From Eledone cirrhosa (taxonomy: Eukaryota), in the NCBI GenBank assembly GCA_964016885.1, contig OZ024741.1:163494001-163558000 (forward strand): a stretch of 64,000 nucleotides of DNA. Direction: 5' to 3'. Position 1 is the stretch's first letter; every line of letters begins with the position of its first letter. This document shows positions 11,480 through 27,068 of this stretch, piece after piece. A program made the position numbers and the translations under genes. The notes under the pieces were generated by a model. The model was given only the letters and a program-made list of their open reading frames with translations. It made no database searches and was not told where the DNA came from.

Positions 11480-12740
11480 TGTATACGTACATACATATAT
11501 GTATACAGACGTACAGTAGTATGTATATATATATATACATACATGCACACATATATATATGTACGTATGGATTCACCAAACATTTATTATAATGCTCGGT
11601 GTGTTTGTAAACAAACATCCCGTATAAAGCCGCAGTGTCTAGCAACCACCGTTGCTCGTTTGTTCAACACTGACAAAGGAACGCTGTACTAGTTTCAAGC
11701 TTGTTAGCTATCGTCAGCAACGTATACCTTCCTGCCAGATTGTTGAACGTCCGAAAGTATATACTTTCCTTATGCATATTAACGGCTGAGTAGCCCAATT
11801 TGCATATCGAGTGGGTTAATCGGCCGGGTGCACCGAAAACGATAAAACTTCATTGAGTATCGTATTTTCAGCTTCACCCTATCAATTACTAAGGTATTTC
11901 CGTTATACATTGATATAAAATCATGGGTACAACTTGCTCAGAATAGGCTTTATGGTGCACCATCATTCTTACACTACTCGCATACGACACGCAAAAGGGC
12001 TATGAAAACCAAAGCTGATGATAGCACATACTCAAATAATGCCACAGACACTTATGACTCATGTGCAGCTGCTACTTCTCTGCCAATGTCAGTCTCACCA
12101 CTCATCTACGAACATACAAAGCCAAACTAATCAAGTAGCTAATGTTGTGGTCTTCATTAGCAAGCGATGGACTATCAACATAATTTGTCAATACTTACTA
12201 CAACGGAGAACTGATAGAACTTTATCTTATATCGAATTACCCGCTGAGAGTTAAATAGTTCTTCAGCGATGGATACAGAATACTAACCTTTCAGCAAACA
12301 GCTGTGATTGCCCAAAATTAGAATACAGAGATTATAATCTCACTGGAAATCGAAGCTTAAAGTGTAAAAGGTATTTTTATCTCTTCTAGTTTATATAATC
12401 TGGTGTTTATTGATGTTTCTCAACATTTCTAAGGATATAAATTTTATACATTAAATCGTCATATTTCGTGCTAGAATATGACATTAAACATCTTGAAACT
12501 ATTGAATTATTATTCAACTTATTCCTATGTTAGGCAACAGATGGAAATTTTAAAATTTTAAACAAAAGATATTGAATCAGCGCAAAAGGTAAAATGAAAA
12601 TTTCAAGAAAAAATATAAAATTTCCCAAAATATTGTTCTCAGTAAAAGATGAGCAGACCATTTTCTAAATTGTGAGGAAAAAAAAATGAATGTTATTTAA
12701 GATATGTTCATATTAGAAACTTCGGGAATGTATTAGAAAT

Positions 12741-12928
12741 AATTGTTTCTACTTTTGGCACAAGACCAGCAATTACCCAGTGTATTACTGGTACTTTATT
12801 TTATCGACCCCGTAAGGATGAAAGGCAAAGTTAACCTCGGCGGGATTGGAACTCAAATGGAAAGGGCTGTAACTTTTTGCGTCAAAGCATGGTGTCCGAC
12901 CCTCTACCGATACTGCCAATCCACCGCC
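12741..12928 (-). mobile_element. Full-length tRNA-derived SINE with 17-bp TSD
   Basis: Head ggcggtggattggcag, B-box-like gagttc(a)aatccc, central core resembling the Nin/Deu SINE domain (from recall). TSD aatgtattagaaataat at 12727-12743 and 12929-12945. Confidence 0.9.
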
Positions 12929-12983
12929 AATGTATTAGAAATAATATTTAACATTTTATGTTAAATTATCTAAAAAAAATAAG

Positions 12984-13172
12984 GGCGGTGGGTTGGCAGT
13001 ATCGATAGAGAGTCGTACACCATGCTTTGACGCATAGAGTTACGGCCCTTTCTATTCTGAGTTCAAACCCCGCCGAGGTCAACTTTTCCTTTCATCCTTA
13101 CGGGGTAGATAAAATTAAGTACCAGTAATGTACTGGGTATTTGCTGGCCTTGTGCCAAAAGTAGAAACAATT
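12984..13172 (+). mobile_element. Full-length tRNA-derived SINE with TSD
   Basis: Same family. aattatctaaaaaaa is duplicated at ~12964 and ~13169. Confidence 0.9.
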
Positions 13173-13950
13173 ATCTAAAAAAAGACAAAAACAATTTAAT
13201 ATATGAATAAACAAATTTTTACAATAATTTAAAAAACGTTAAAAGTTTCGTGGAAAATATAACCAATACAACTAAGAAAGCAAAGATGGAACATATAGTA
13301 TTGCGATATATAACTGTCACGTATGCGTCACAGTAATATTTCATACTAGCTGGCACCGTGCCGCCAAAAGTGACGGCTAATTGTAATAACTACACATAAT
13401 ATAGAAAAGAAATATTTGTTGGCTAGTTGGTTGGCTGGTTGGTCGGTTGGTTCCTTCGCGCTAACTCGCACAAATGATACAAACACAAACACACAGCCAA
13501 TTCATTACAAATATACACACACAGTGTGACAAAACTTAGAACGCTGGACCCTTATAGTTTCTCCCCCCCCCCTTCCTCAGTTTCACATAGATGTGTGTGT
13601 ATGTAATAATTATTTTTCTAAGTGTGTCTGTTTATATATATATATATGTGTGGGTAAATGAGTGTATGTTTGTAATTCTATTGTCTATGTATCTTTCTAT
13701 AGAAATACATACAAACACACATACATTCACACAAATATTATATATAAATATATTTTATACAAACACACATATATACACACAAACACTTACATAATCATAA
13801 CAGCTGATGTGAGAAGCCAATTCGCTATACATATTGACACACAGATCTATTGAATATTAGACGTAGCTTTCTGTAGTTTGTCATCAACCCTTCCTTCCTC
13901 AGTCATCTCTAGTGGGTGACGAACAAATACACATTGGCTATTATTTGTCT

Positions 13951-14122
13951 GTATCGGTAGAGGGACAGACGCAGAGTTGCAGCTGAGTTACAGTCCTTTG
14001 CGATCTGAGTTCAAATCCCGCCGGAGTTAACTTTGCCTTTCATCCTTACAGGGTCGATAAAATAAAGTACCAGCAATGCACTGAGATAATTGCTGGCCTT
14101 GTGCCAAAAGTAGAAACAATTA
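13951..14122 (+). mobile_element. SINE copy
   Basis: Same conserved core and ggccttgtgccaaaagtagaaacaatt tail. Confidence 0.88.
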
Positions 14123-14197
14123 TTATAAAGATGAGTTTACTAATTCATATTTGGTAAAGTAATATTTTAAATTCTAACATTTAAAAGATGTTCACTC

Positions 14198-14400
14198 AAT
14201 AATGGTTTCTGATTTAGGCACAAGGCCAGCAAACTTTGGGGTAAGGGGAAAGTCGATTAAATCGACCCCAGTGCGTGACTGATACTTTATTTTATCGACC
14301 CCGAAAGGGTGAAAGGCAAAGCTAACCTCGGCGGGATTTGAACTCAGAACGTAAACGTCCGTAACTCTATGTCGCGAAGCATGATGTCCCACGCTCTACT
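14198..14400 (-). mobile_element. SINE copy (long variant with ggggtcgatttaatcgac segment)
   Basis: Same core plus an extra hairpin/poly-C segment before the tail. Confidence 0.85.
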
Positions 14401-15426
14401 CATAATGCTAATATATCGCCCTAGTTCATTCAATAATAAAGTCAATTTTTGGCCAAAACATTTTTCTTTTTGTCGTGCTTCATGCGACATTCTGAAATTA
14501 AATATTATTTCCATGAAATTCTTTTCATAACAAAAAGAATTCTGAAGATCAATATTTTCCGTGTAGGGTGAACTAGACCAGAAGAAGTATGTCATTTTTA
14601 TTTTTTACTACAATTCATTGTCATGTGCCACTTTGTAACACCAATGAAACAACACTTGCCAAATTCCAATAACAGTTGATTACTATTTTACTCATACAAT
14701 CAAAATTTGCGTCTAGCACAAACGTGAGTGTGAGCTTCTGCGAGTGTAAATGTGTTTGTGATGTATGTATGCATGTGTGTGTGTATGTATGTGCGTGTGT
14801 GTGTGATGTATGTGTCTGTATGCGTGTTTATGGTGTGTGTATATTAAAGGTTTGCATTAGATGCACCACCACAGTTGTATCAAAACACCATACTGCGTAG
14901 GTGTTTTGAGATTTAACAATGATATAACACGGCCCGAAATGGTAGCCAATTAGAGGGTGGTCGACTATTATTATGTTAATTTTAATTGAGAAGCATACAT
15001 TTCAAATTTCAAATGTTGCCTCTGCTTCTTAAGTCAACCATTTGTTTACAAGTTTAGCTACAGGCATAAAATCTAAAAAGATGGAATTAGTCATTTTAAC
15101 ATAGTGGGTAATGCGCTCTGTGAATCAAGCGCTTCTGTTTACTTTAATCTGCCTCCAAGGATATTTGATTCAATTTTCTCAACTATCATATACAGGGATT
15201 GACTTTTTTTATCGCCATTTACGTTGGAACGATTACATTTCACTTCAAATTCTCCCAATGCTTTTTAAGCCAACTGGTTGTTTATATATATATATATATA
15301 TAGTGAAATAAGATAACAAGGACGATTAGTTACTCCTTCATTACGTTTATTTCGCCACTGATCAGCTCAAGGTTCGATCTCTATCGATCTGACCTGACAC
15401 TGTAATCTGCGGCTCAATATATATAT

Positions 15427-15605
15427 AGGAAAAGAGTCAGGACCCCGACGGCTGAGCTCCGGCCGTTTCAACAGCTAGATCTAGCTATCGAAACGGCCGT
15501 AGCTCAGCCTTCGGGGTTCTGACTCTTTTCCTATTATCCATTCTACTACCCTAAGTATTGAGTACTCTGATGCGTTATGGTCCACCTGGTATCTTACCAC
15601 ACCCT
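15427..15605. repeat. PLE terminus family A with fold-back (15427-15532, centre agctagatctagct)
   Basis: aggaaaagagtcaggaccccgacggctgagc... / ...gctcagccttcggggttctgactcttttcct. The continuation matches the reverse complement of ~27069-27130. Contains GAAAC GGCC GTA (HHR 3' half). Confidence 0.82.
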
Positions 15606-15616
15606 ATTTGTTCTTT

Positions 15617-15662
<46 letters not shown>

Positions 15663-15699
15663 AGAGAGAGAAAAAAAGAAAGGAGGAAATAAATAAATA

Positions 15700-15727
15700 A
15701 AGAAAGAAAGAAGGAAAGAACGAATGA

Positions 15728-15795
<68 letters not shown>

Positions 15796-15797
15796 AA
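15700..15797. repeat. (AAAG)n microsatellite
   Basis: Directly visible. Confidence 0.95.
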
Positions 15798-16339
15798 ACC
15801 AGATGGAATGAAAATTATTACTATACTTGCCAGAATTAATCAATAGTTTAGTTTTGGTAACTAAAATTCACGATTAATTCAGAACTACAAACTAATATCC
15901 TTTAATTAGTATTGATTAATTTAAAAGAATTTAATTATTATTATAATAAGTTCATGGTGTATTAGAACAAGAACTGAGAAATCATGCCAAAGTTACTATA
16001 TGAAGTTGGAGGTTTTGGTGATGTCCCAACGGCTCAATTAGTTCCAACACATTTCATTTATATGATCATGAAAATATGAACTTCAGAAAATAACGATTTT
16101 TAAAGTCTAAACGTTATGTGAGATACAGAAGTGACTTAAATCAATGCAAATATTTAATTGTTACTTATTTTATTGACCTAGGAGGAATGAAAATAGTAAT
16201 TCTATAAGTATTTGATAACGGACTTAAATGTCATGTATTAACGTTCTGAATACAAATACCTGAGAGAGAAGACTTACGATCAAAGTCAACCCAATCAAAG
16301 CTATATAGACTTCCCTTCAAGTACATTGTATTCAAATCT

Positions 16340-16514
16340 GCAGTGGATTGGCAGTATCGGTAAAGGGTCGGACACCATGCTTTGCAGCATAGAGTTACGG
16401 CTCTTTATGATCTGAGTTCAAATCCCGCCGAGGTTAACTTTGCCTTTCATCCTGACGGGATCGATAAAATAAAGTACCAGTAATTGCTGGCCTTGTGCCA
16501 AAGGAGAAACAATT
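16340..16514 (+). mobile_element. SINE copy
   Basis: Same head, core and tail. Confidence 0.88.
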
Positions 16515-16861
16515 ATTTTCTTACGACTGTGATAAGGTTACGTGAGATTTGACTGCTGTTTCTAACAGATCGATTTGTTTCGAAATATCTCCCTTCTTTT
16601 GCAATATATATATCTCCATGAATGATTTTTCGTTACCGAACATATTTGTTTCAATTATGTTCTTGTTAATCTTTTCATCTAATTCAGTAAGAAAAAAGTC
16701 ATGGAGCCGTCGTTTTCTATCCGTGTTTCCATGCATTCACGAGCAGGACAAACACCGGGTCTCATCTCAGTTTTATAGTCGATCAGTGACTGATGGTTTG
16801 GACGCAAGGCTCTCTTCTTGTACGGATAACGCCCAGATATGTTTGGAGAAATCTAAAATGT

Positions 16862-16960
16862 AGTGCCTTGTTATAGGATACAACACATCAGCTGGTCTGC
16901 GAATTGAAGCCCTGACCTTATGATCTTGAAGCCAAAATCCTAACCACTAAGTCACACACT
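16862..16960 (-). mobile_element. Degenerate head of a second tRNA-derived SINE
   Basis: Minus strand tgtgacttagtggttagga (A-box-like)...ttcaattc (B-box-like)...aacaaggcact, resembling CORE-type SINEs. Confidence 0.4.
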
Positions 16961-17399
16961 AGCCGTAAGTATAAGTTCACACAAAATCATGTCCGATTCA
17001 TTGTTCAGAAACTAAAACACTGAATTTTCCCCAAGAATTCAATGAAGCTATTATTGTGTTCATTTATTGTATACAAGTGATTGCTCTGTTGTTGTCTAAC
17101 GGTATACTGGACCATGGTAAGCCATAAAGCCTCCAGCCAAAAGTAGCCATCGAAATACAATTTTATTATTCAATGATGTATGTAGATCGGGTGAGAAACA
17201 ATTTTATAAACAGAAAATAATCGCAAGCAACGCCACTTCCCCCCACACAGACATACACCGCAGATATTCAGCCATCACATAGACGCATGATACTCTCGCT
17301 TATTTTCTTATTCTCTCTCTCTTCCTCCCTCCCTCTCTTTCTCTCACACACTCTCTCTCCCTATATATATATACATATATATTTTCTATACCTTTCATT

Positions 17400-17444
<45 letters not shown>

Positions 17445-18935
17445 TTGTGTGTGTCTGTGTGTTTGTGTGTGTATCTGTGTGTTTGTGTGTGTATGCGCGT
17501 GTGTATGTGTGTGTGTATGTGTGTGTGTATGTAAACATATTCGTATAAATATCGATAAAAATAATTGTGAGTATTGATTTTTTTTTGTAAATGTAGAAGA
17601 ACAATTTTAAATCTGTTTTCAGGCATCTCGAACTGGACTCCAGTTTTCAGCGTAATATCTATATTACCTCCCTTTGGTTAAATCTTTACGCATCGTGCGT
17701 ATTTGTATTTTATAAGGAACAGCTAACATAATATTCATTGCATCGCTGCTGTCACTTCTTTCATTGTCTGAGTCCATTGGCTCGGTTATCAAGCAGTTGC
17801 ATGCTTGAGAAAATATAATAATTTAATTTAACTAGCTGCGGGTTATGCACGAAATACCTTAGCGCTTCATTACTCGCACTACACAATACAATTATCTGTA
17901 ATTCCACAACGGCCTATTGACTTTTAAACATGCTTTTTTTATATCTAAAACTTTTGACTACACATTGGAAGAAACGGCATGCACTCATCTATCGATATTT
18001 GCTACATTGTTCACACTTGTTTTTTTTTATTTTTGTTTTTATTTTCTAAGCAATAATAAGTATAAGATAAAAAAGAAACCTCATTCAGAACAAAAGATGT
18101 TAAATAAAAAAATATATATCATATGACAGAACATTCAATCTTGTTTTACGGAAAGGAAAGTGTTTGAAATTGATTCGAATTTAAAGGAATGCAATTCTGA
18201 TTTCGAACACCACCAAATACAATATATTTCCTTGTCGATTTTTATCACATTTTACCGATATTTCCAGCTAATTTGTGGGCTGGTTAGAAAATGTATTTTC
18301 GTAGATAAAATCTCTTGTAGAAGAATTTGAATTTCATACTAAAAGCCAGTGAATCTTTCGTCCAGCTTTCAGTACAGTTGCTGCTTGAACTTATTCAATT
18401 TTAATACCCAAATACCAATTTAGAACTACGTCGCCCGAACAATTTCAGATGTAAGCATGGATACAATATATTGCTGGTTCAGTAGGATGCGAATGTGAGA
18501 GCCCCAAACGCAGAAAATAATTGCAATAACAGTTGCTCACAGTAAATAATTGAAATATTTGAGGAAATTCCTCCTTAAGCGCCCGTGTCCAATTTTCCCC
18601 TCTTTCGGGGTAATTTACCCAATTTTCGCAGTTATTACCTGTAGTGGTATTACAGCTTTTTACACCAAAAATCGAATAGTGAATGTAATTACTGTTTTAC
18701 ATCTTGTCAAAGGAATATTGATATCAATCTTTCTATTTTTCATTACTGCTATATTCACAATAATTTAAAATCATGTTATTTGTATTTTACTGGCTTATTT
18801 TATGTAATGAAAACTGATAAAATATGAAGATCCGCCCAAGATTAGCGTAATTACATCTTCAAAAGTAAAAGGAAAAAAAGAAGAAAAGTACGAATCATTC
18901 TCATATAATATACTTAGGAAGTTAGCGAAAGTCAT

Positions 18936-19056
18936 AATTGTTTCTACTTTAGGCACAAGGCCAGCAATTACCCAGTGCATTACTGGTACTTTATTTTATC
19001 GACCCCGTAAGGATGAAAGGCAAAGTCAACCTCGGCGGGATTTGAACTCAGATCGT
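18936..19056 (-). mobile_element. SINE copy, 5'-truncated
   Basis: Core and tail match the other copies. Confidence 0.88.
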
Positions 19057-19737
19057 AAATAACAATGTGAGGTGCACGTGCTAGTGAATTTAACTCGGAT
19101 TAGAGACCAACACAATCTAACGCCATAGAATATATATGTTTAGTCTTTCTATTGAATAATGCATGCGATCGTTCTGAACACAGATCACACAAACTAACAG
19201 TCGCACCCGTACTAATTTATTGTATATGGTTATAGAATATTTTTTGAAATCTACTTCTTTTTATAAGTAATTCAGACAGGAGGCCTGAGTTCTGATAATT
19301 ACCAGCTTAAAGAACTGCAATAAATTCGCATGAGTATCGAAACCTAGCAGAGAGTTTGCTTCACTGTGACATTGTTTGCAAACGAAACATTCCAATTAAA
19401 TTTCAATACTTTTACTTTGTCATATCTGTTGATGTTAAGGAAGACGAAGATTTTGACAGATATACAAAATATACAATGGGATTAATGTATGCTATTTCTT
19501 ATTGTATAAAAGTAGCTCTTCATCATCTTATATGGACAAGCTAAATAGGTTTATGTCGACACATCCCTAAATATATATATATATATAAATAGAGAGGAAG
19601 TTGGGAGGGGGGAGATGCATATATCTACATGTGTACATGAATGTATACATATATATACATAAGCATACATAAAGGTAAATAAGAACACACACACATATGT
19701 ATATATGTATATGTATGTTTAGATAAATATGTGTGTG

Positions 19738-19783
<46 letters not shown>

Positions 19784-19790
<7 letters not shown>

Positions 19791-20000
19791 ATGATTTGGG
19801 AGGGTCATGTTGCCAATAAGAAACACACGCACCCTAGCTTTCACTCCAATTTATTATAAATTTAATTTATAATAAATTGAAGTGAAAGCAACTGGTGCGT
19901 GTGTTTCTTATTGGAAACATGACCCTCCCAAAGCATAACAATATCGGTTTCAACACAGGTTTTCAGATAAAGAATCTTGCTAAACAAATTCAGAAACGAA

Positions 20001-20001
<1 letters not shown>
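19784..20001. repeat. Family C fold-back (palindrome 19784-19943) with extension
   Basis: attgttatgatttgggagggtcatgttgccaataagaaacacacgcacc... / ...ggtgcgtgtgtttcttattggaaacatgaccctcccaaagcataacaat. (TA)n on both sides. Confidence 0.85.
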
Positions 20002-20072
<71 letters not shown>

Positions 20073-20189
20073 TTATTTATTTTTATATATATATATATAT
20101 ATAATGGAAAAAATTTGAACAGGGACAAAACAGAGAGGCAGTACAATAAATGTTTATTAATTTCACGCTCAGGAGAGTGGGGGGGTAAG

Positions 20190-20230
20190 TGGGGGACGAT
20201 GTTTCGGGCATAAGCCCTTCCTCGGGTGAG
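20190..20230 (-). ncRNA. Hammerhead-like motif in the PLE 3' terminus
   Basis: CCGAGGA a gggc ttat gccc GAAAC atc GTC. Helix I pairing is not evident. Confidence 0.5.
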
Positions 20231-21747
20231 AAGTGTGTGGGAACAGAGTTCAAAAGGTGTGTAGGGGAGTGGTGGAGAGACATATAGCGAAAGGAAACGG
20301 TGCGAATGAAAAAAAACAAATAAAGATAAAAAATAAAAATAAAGCATGATCAAAATACAAGGAATGAGAAAATTTAAAAATAAAGGCATGATCAAAATAA
20401 ACTGAAATTAAAAGGGGGGTAAACAGGTGGTGGAAGGGTTGGGGGTGAGTAGGGGTGGTGGCGGGTGGAGTGGGGAGAGGGAGACGGGGTGTCCGAGCGG
20501 GGAGGGCTGAAGGCGGTGTGTGTGTGTAGGTGTGCGTGTGTGTGTGTGTGTGTGTATGTGAAAGTAAGGGTGGGGGAAAAACGGGGTTGCATGTTCAGGA
20601 AGGGGTGTGTGTGGGGGGCGGGGGTGCTTTTGTGGGTCGGAGTGTCTGTGCGTGTGTGGATAGGGGGTGGGGGAGAGGAATCAGGAGGCTGAGGGTGTAA
20701 ATATGTGGTGGGAAGCACGTGTGTGTGGGGTTTAAGCGTGTTGTGGGTGTGGGTGGCGTGTGGAGAAAAAAAATGTTTTGGGGTGTGTGTGCGGGTGAGT
20801 TATATAGGTGATTATGCAAGAGGATGGTTGAAAAGTTGGTAAGTTCCAAGGATGTTAGTAGATTTTTTGTAAGTCAAATTCTGCGTGTGGGTAATCCATG
20901 AAGTGGTGGTCGGAAGAGGAGAGATGTGGGGTGCGCGCGCAACAGGAAGTGGTCAGTAGTGGGAGTGCTGTGGTCTGTTGGTGCTGGGAGGTGGCCAGTG
21001 GGAACAGCAGCAGTCAGTGGAATGGTAGGGTGCGAGGATGGGTAGGTGTGAAAGTTGGAGTGAGGAGGGTGTGTGTGTGTGTGTGTGTATTAGTAGGGGT
21101 GTTAGTGGGATGAGTGAGTGTGGAGCGAGGGTGTGGGTGGAGTGGGGAGAGAAGGGCGTGTGTGGTTCTATGGAGGGAGTGTGGTGTACTGGTGTGTGTG
21201 TAGTTTGATGAAGAGGTGTTAGTGGGTGTTAGTATACGGGAGGTGTAGGGAGGGGTTGAATGCAGGTGTGAGTGGGGGTTAGTGGTGGTAGGGTGTGTAG
21301 AGTTGGTGGTGTACGAGGGTGTGTGGGTACGTGTGCGTGAGGTTGGGGGTGTTAGTGATGTTAGTTGCGTGTGGGGTGGGTGGTGTAAGTGGGTGCGTGT
21401 GTTCGTGTGCTTGGGGTTAGGGGGTGTTAGTGAGGTTAGTTGCGGGGTGGTGGGATGGAGGTGTGGGGGTGAGAGGTGTGGGGTGAGGGTTAGTGGTGGT
21501 AGTAGGGTGTGTGTTTAGTGTGAGCGCGTGTATATATGTGCCGGTGGGTGTGTGCGTGTGATAAGGAGGGGGGAGGAGGAGAAGAGGGGAGGGAAGGGAT
21601 GTTAGTATGTTAGTTGGGGAAGGGTGGTCAGATGAGGGGTGGAGTGGAGGTGTTAGTATTGTTAGTGTGGGGTGGGCGGTGAAAAGGAGGGGTGTGTTAG
21701 TGGTGTTAGTGGGGGATAAGTGTGGGGGGGAGGGGGGCGGTCGAACG

Positions 21748-23289
<1,542 letters not shown>

Positions 23290-23497
23290 AGCGAGAGAGA
23301 TGACTAAAACCAGTTTAAGTGTAAAAGGTATATATATATATATATGTATGTATGTATGTATGTGTTTATTATATGTGTTATTTTATAAGCTAATGTTTGA
23401 GTGCAAAAACCTAATTGATTTTATGCACGTAAGTCTATGATTGTTCAAATATTTCGTTGAATTATCTTTACATTTATTTCTGCTACATCCCCGCTTC

Positions 23498-23815
23498 GGG
23501 ATGGTGTAGGTCATTGGTTGATAGAAAAGGGAATTCATTAAAAGCTAATTCTTCAAAGCTATAGTTTATATTTAGAACTTGTTTATAGAATTCTTTCTGC
23601 CTTTGTTACTCTAAATATAAACTATAGCTTTGAAGAATTAGCTTTTAATGAATCCCCTTTCCTATCAACCAATGACCTACACCCATCCCACTCCCTACCC
23701 TCTCCTACCACCTGAAGAGACCTATAAATACCATATTTATTTTTTGATACCCAGATTCCTGATGATTTCTAAAGAATGAAACAGTTCTAGTCCTGTAGAA
23801 TCTCATCTATATTAA

Positions 23816-23820
<5 letters not shown>
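23498..23820. repeat. Inverted repeat (~78-bp arms, 23498-23689) followed by a terminus with a hammerhead-like motif (family D)
   Basis: ggtgtaggtcattggttgatag...tttatatttaga / tctaaatataaac...ctatcaaccaatgacctacacc, then CTGATGA t ttct aa agaa t GAAAC agttc at ~23759-23790. Confidence 0.78.
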
Positions 23821-23891
<71 letters not shown>

Positions 23892-24003
23892 TCTTTGTCT
23901 AATCGAGTGAGTGAATAGCAGCCGCGATGAATACGATTTGTTTCCCCCAAGCAGAACAACATCTACTAATTTCGAAAATGCTACTGTCATTATTATTTTC
24001 ATA

Positions 24004-24221
24004 GGGCGGTGGATTGGCAGAATCGGTAGAGCATCGGACAACATGCTTTGCAGCGTAGAGTTACGACCCTTTATGATATCAGTTCAAATCCCGCCGAGGT
24101 TAACTTTGCCTTTCATCCTTACGGGGTCGATAAAATAAAATAACAGTCACACACTGGGGTCGATTTAACCGACTTTCCCCTCTCCCCAAATTACTGGCCT
24201 TGTGCCTATAGTAGAAATCAT
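24004..24221 (+). mobile_element. Full-length SINE (long variant) with TSD
   Basis: TSD tcattattattttca at 23987-24001 and 24218-24232. Confidence 0.9.
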
Positions 24222-25209
24222 TATTATTTTCACAGCAAATTTACGAATTTATTTACGAGACTGCTAGTGGGTTTAAAATGTTGGAATAAATATTATTTTT
24301 TCATCTATTCCCGCCATCAGTGACCTCCCTTATAAGTGATAGCATGAGGAACGCAAACACAGCTTCTACTATTGGGTGCGAGAGACATTTCAGCTATTGT
24401 CTTTGGTCTCGGAAATATCAGACAAATCACACTGATGAAAATATGGCAGTAGGAAATTGCTTACGCAATTCACTGTTCGATATGACCTTGATTCTACAAA
24501 TCCGATAAACTTTCGGCGCGCTGGAAACTACGTGGTCTGCGTAGTTATTAACGATTATTACATATTTAAACTCTTTTTTTCTTTTTTTTATGTATCGTTG
24601 CCACCCATACCCGCCTGAATTTAATGATTCCAATATGACTATAGAATATAATCTTTGTTTTCCTAGAGTTGGCGATGAGCAGCTGTGATTAATTCGATTT
24701 GTTTTGATTCTAAGCAAAACAACATCGAATAATCTTGAAAATACTATTCTTATATGGTGGAGTCTCACGTCGAGACCTAGGTGAGTGTTCAATAGAATAT
24801 AAAGCGAAAGCAGATCCATGGCAAGAACCGATTAGATGATTTTAGCAAAGAAAATGCCCCCACCATATTTGGTGGGCACGCATGTATAAATTTAGGCCTT
24901 TTAGTTAAGAAGGGGATACGGACTAGGAAATCGATCACAGGTGTTTTTTTCAGAATGGCCATCTATTTCTTACCGTCATGCGTACAAATCTCAGGCTAGC
25001 GACCTCCAGTGGTATCCATCTGTACTCTCAACCATCACTTCTTAGCCATAGGATTGGCATTTGGACTGTGAATTTTATTACAGTAGATTTTGCTTGTTCA
25101 GGACAGAACCTACTCACTCCATCCAGATGCATTTCTTGATTCCATCAAAGACCATGGACAGGGAGCTGTTTCTTGATAACGATCAAAGTCAGAAACAGCC
25201 GACTGTTGG

Positions 25210-25625
<416 letters not shown>

Positions 25626-25632
25626 CAGTACC

Positions 25633-25678
<46 letters not shown>

Positions 25679-25964
25679 CAACGGCGAAACGATTTACATA
25701 ATAATGGCTATTTCTGAAAACATACATATTATATTTAGAACAACTGAAATTCATTTTTGTCGCTATGTATTGTAGCGTTACACGCATATAAACAGAATTG
25801 GGTGCAACTTCAAGTGTTTATTAATATGTTCCCTATATATGGGAATTTGTACAGATTCACTTAATCTTCTAACGTCTTGATTATTCACTATGTCTATATC
25901 TATCTGTCTGTCTCTCTATCTATAGCCCCCCCTCCCCCCCCCCTCCTCTCTCTCTATATATATC

Positions 25965-26031
<67 letters not shown>

Positions 26032-26198
26032 ATGAGAGAGAGAGACTGTGTGAGTGAGTGTATGTGTCTCTGTGTTTATATATATATAAAAGTAAATATT
26101 TTTAGTATGTATGTATTTTGTTTCTATCTTTCTCTCTCTCTCATATATATATATACATATATCAGTGCATATATATATATATATATATACACACACAT

Positions 26199-26355
<157 letters not shown>

Positions 26356-26401
26356 TAGATAGGTAAATATACACGGGTGTGTATGATTGTGTATAGAAGA
26401 T

Positions 26402-26989
<588 letters not shown>

Positions 26990-26996
26990 GTATATG

Positions 26997-27057
<61 letters not shown>

Positions 27058-27068
27058 ATATATATATA

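Noticed and set aside
11590-11820. piggyBac-like end (gagtggg-TTAA)
   Set aside because: No matching left TIR or transposase remnant found.
13345-13380. Helitron-like 3' hairpin + CTAG on the minus strand
   Set aside because: The 5' end could not be identified.
16521-16863. Short ORFs as host exons (also 24427-24819, 18550-18768)
   Set aside because: No recognisable domain or convincing splice signals.
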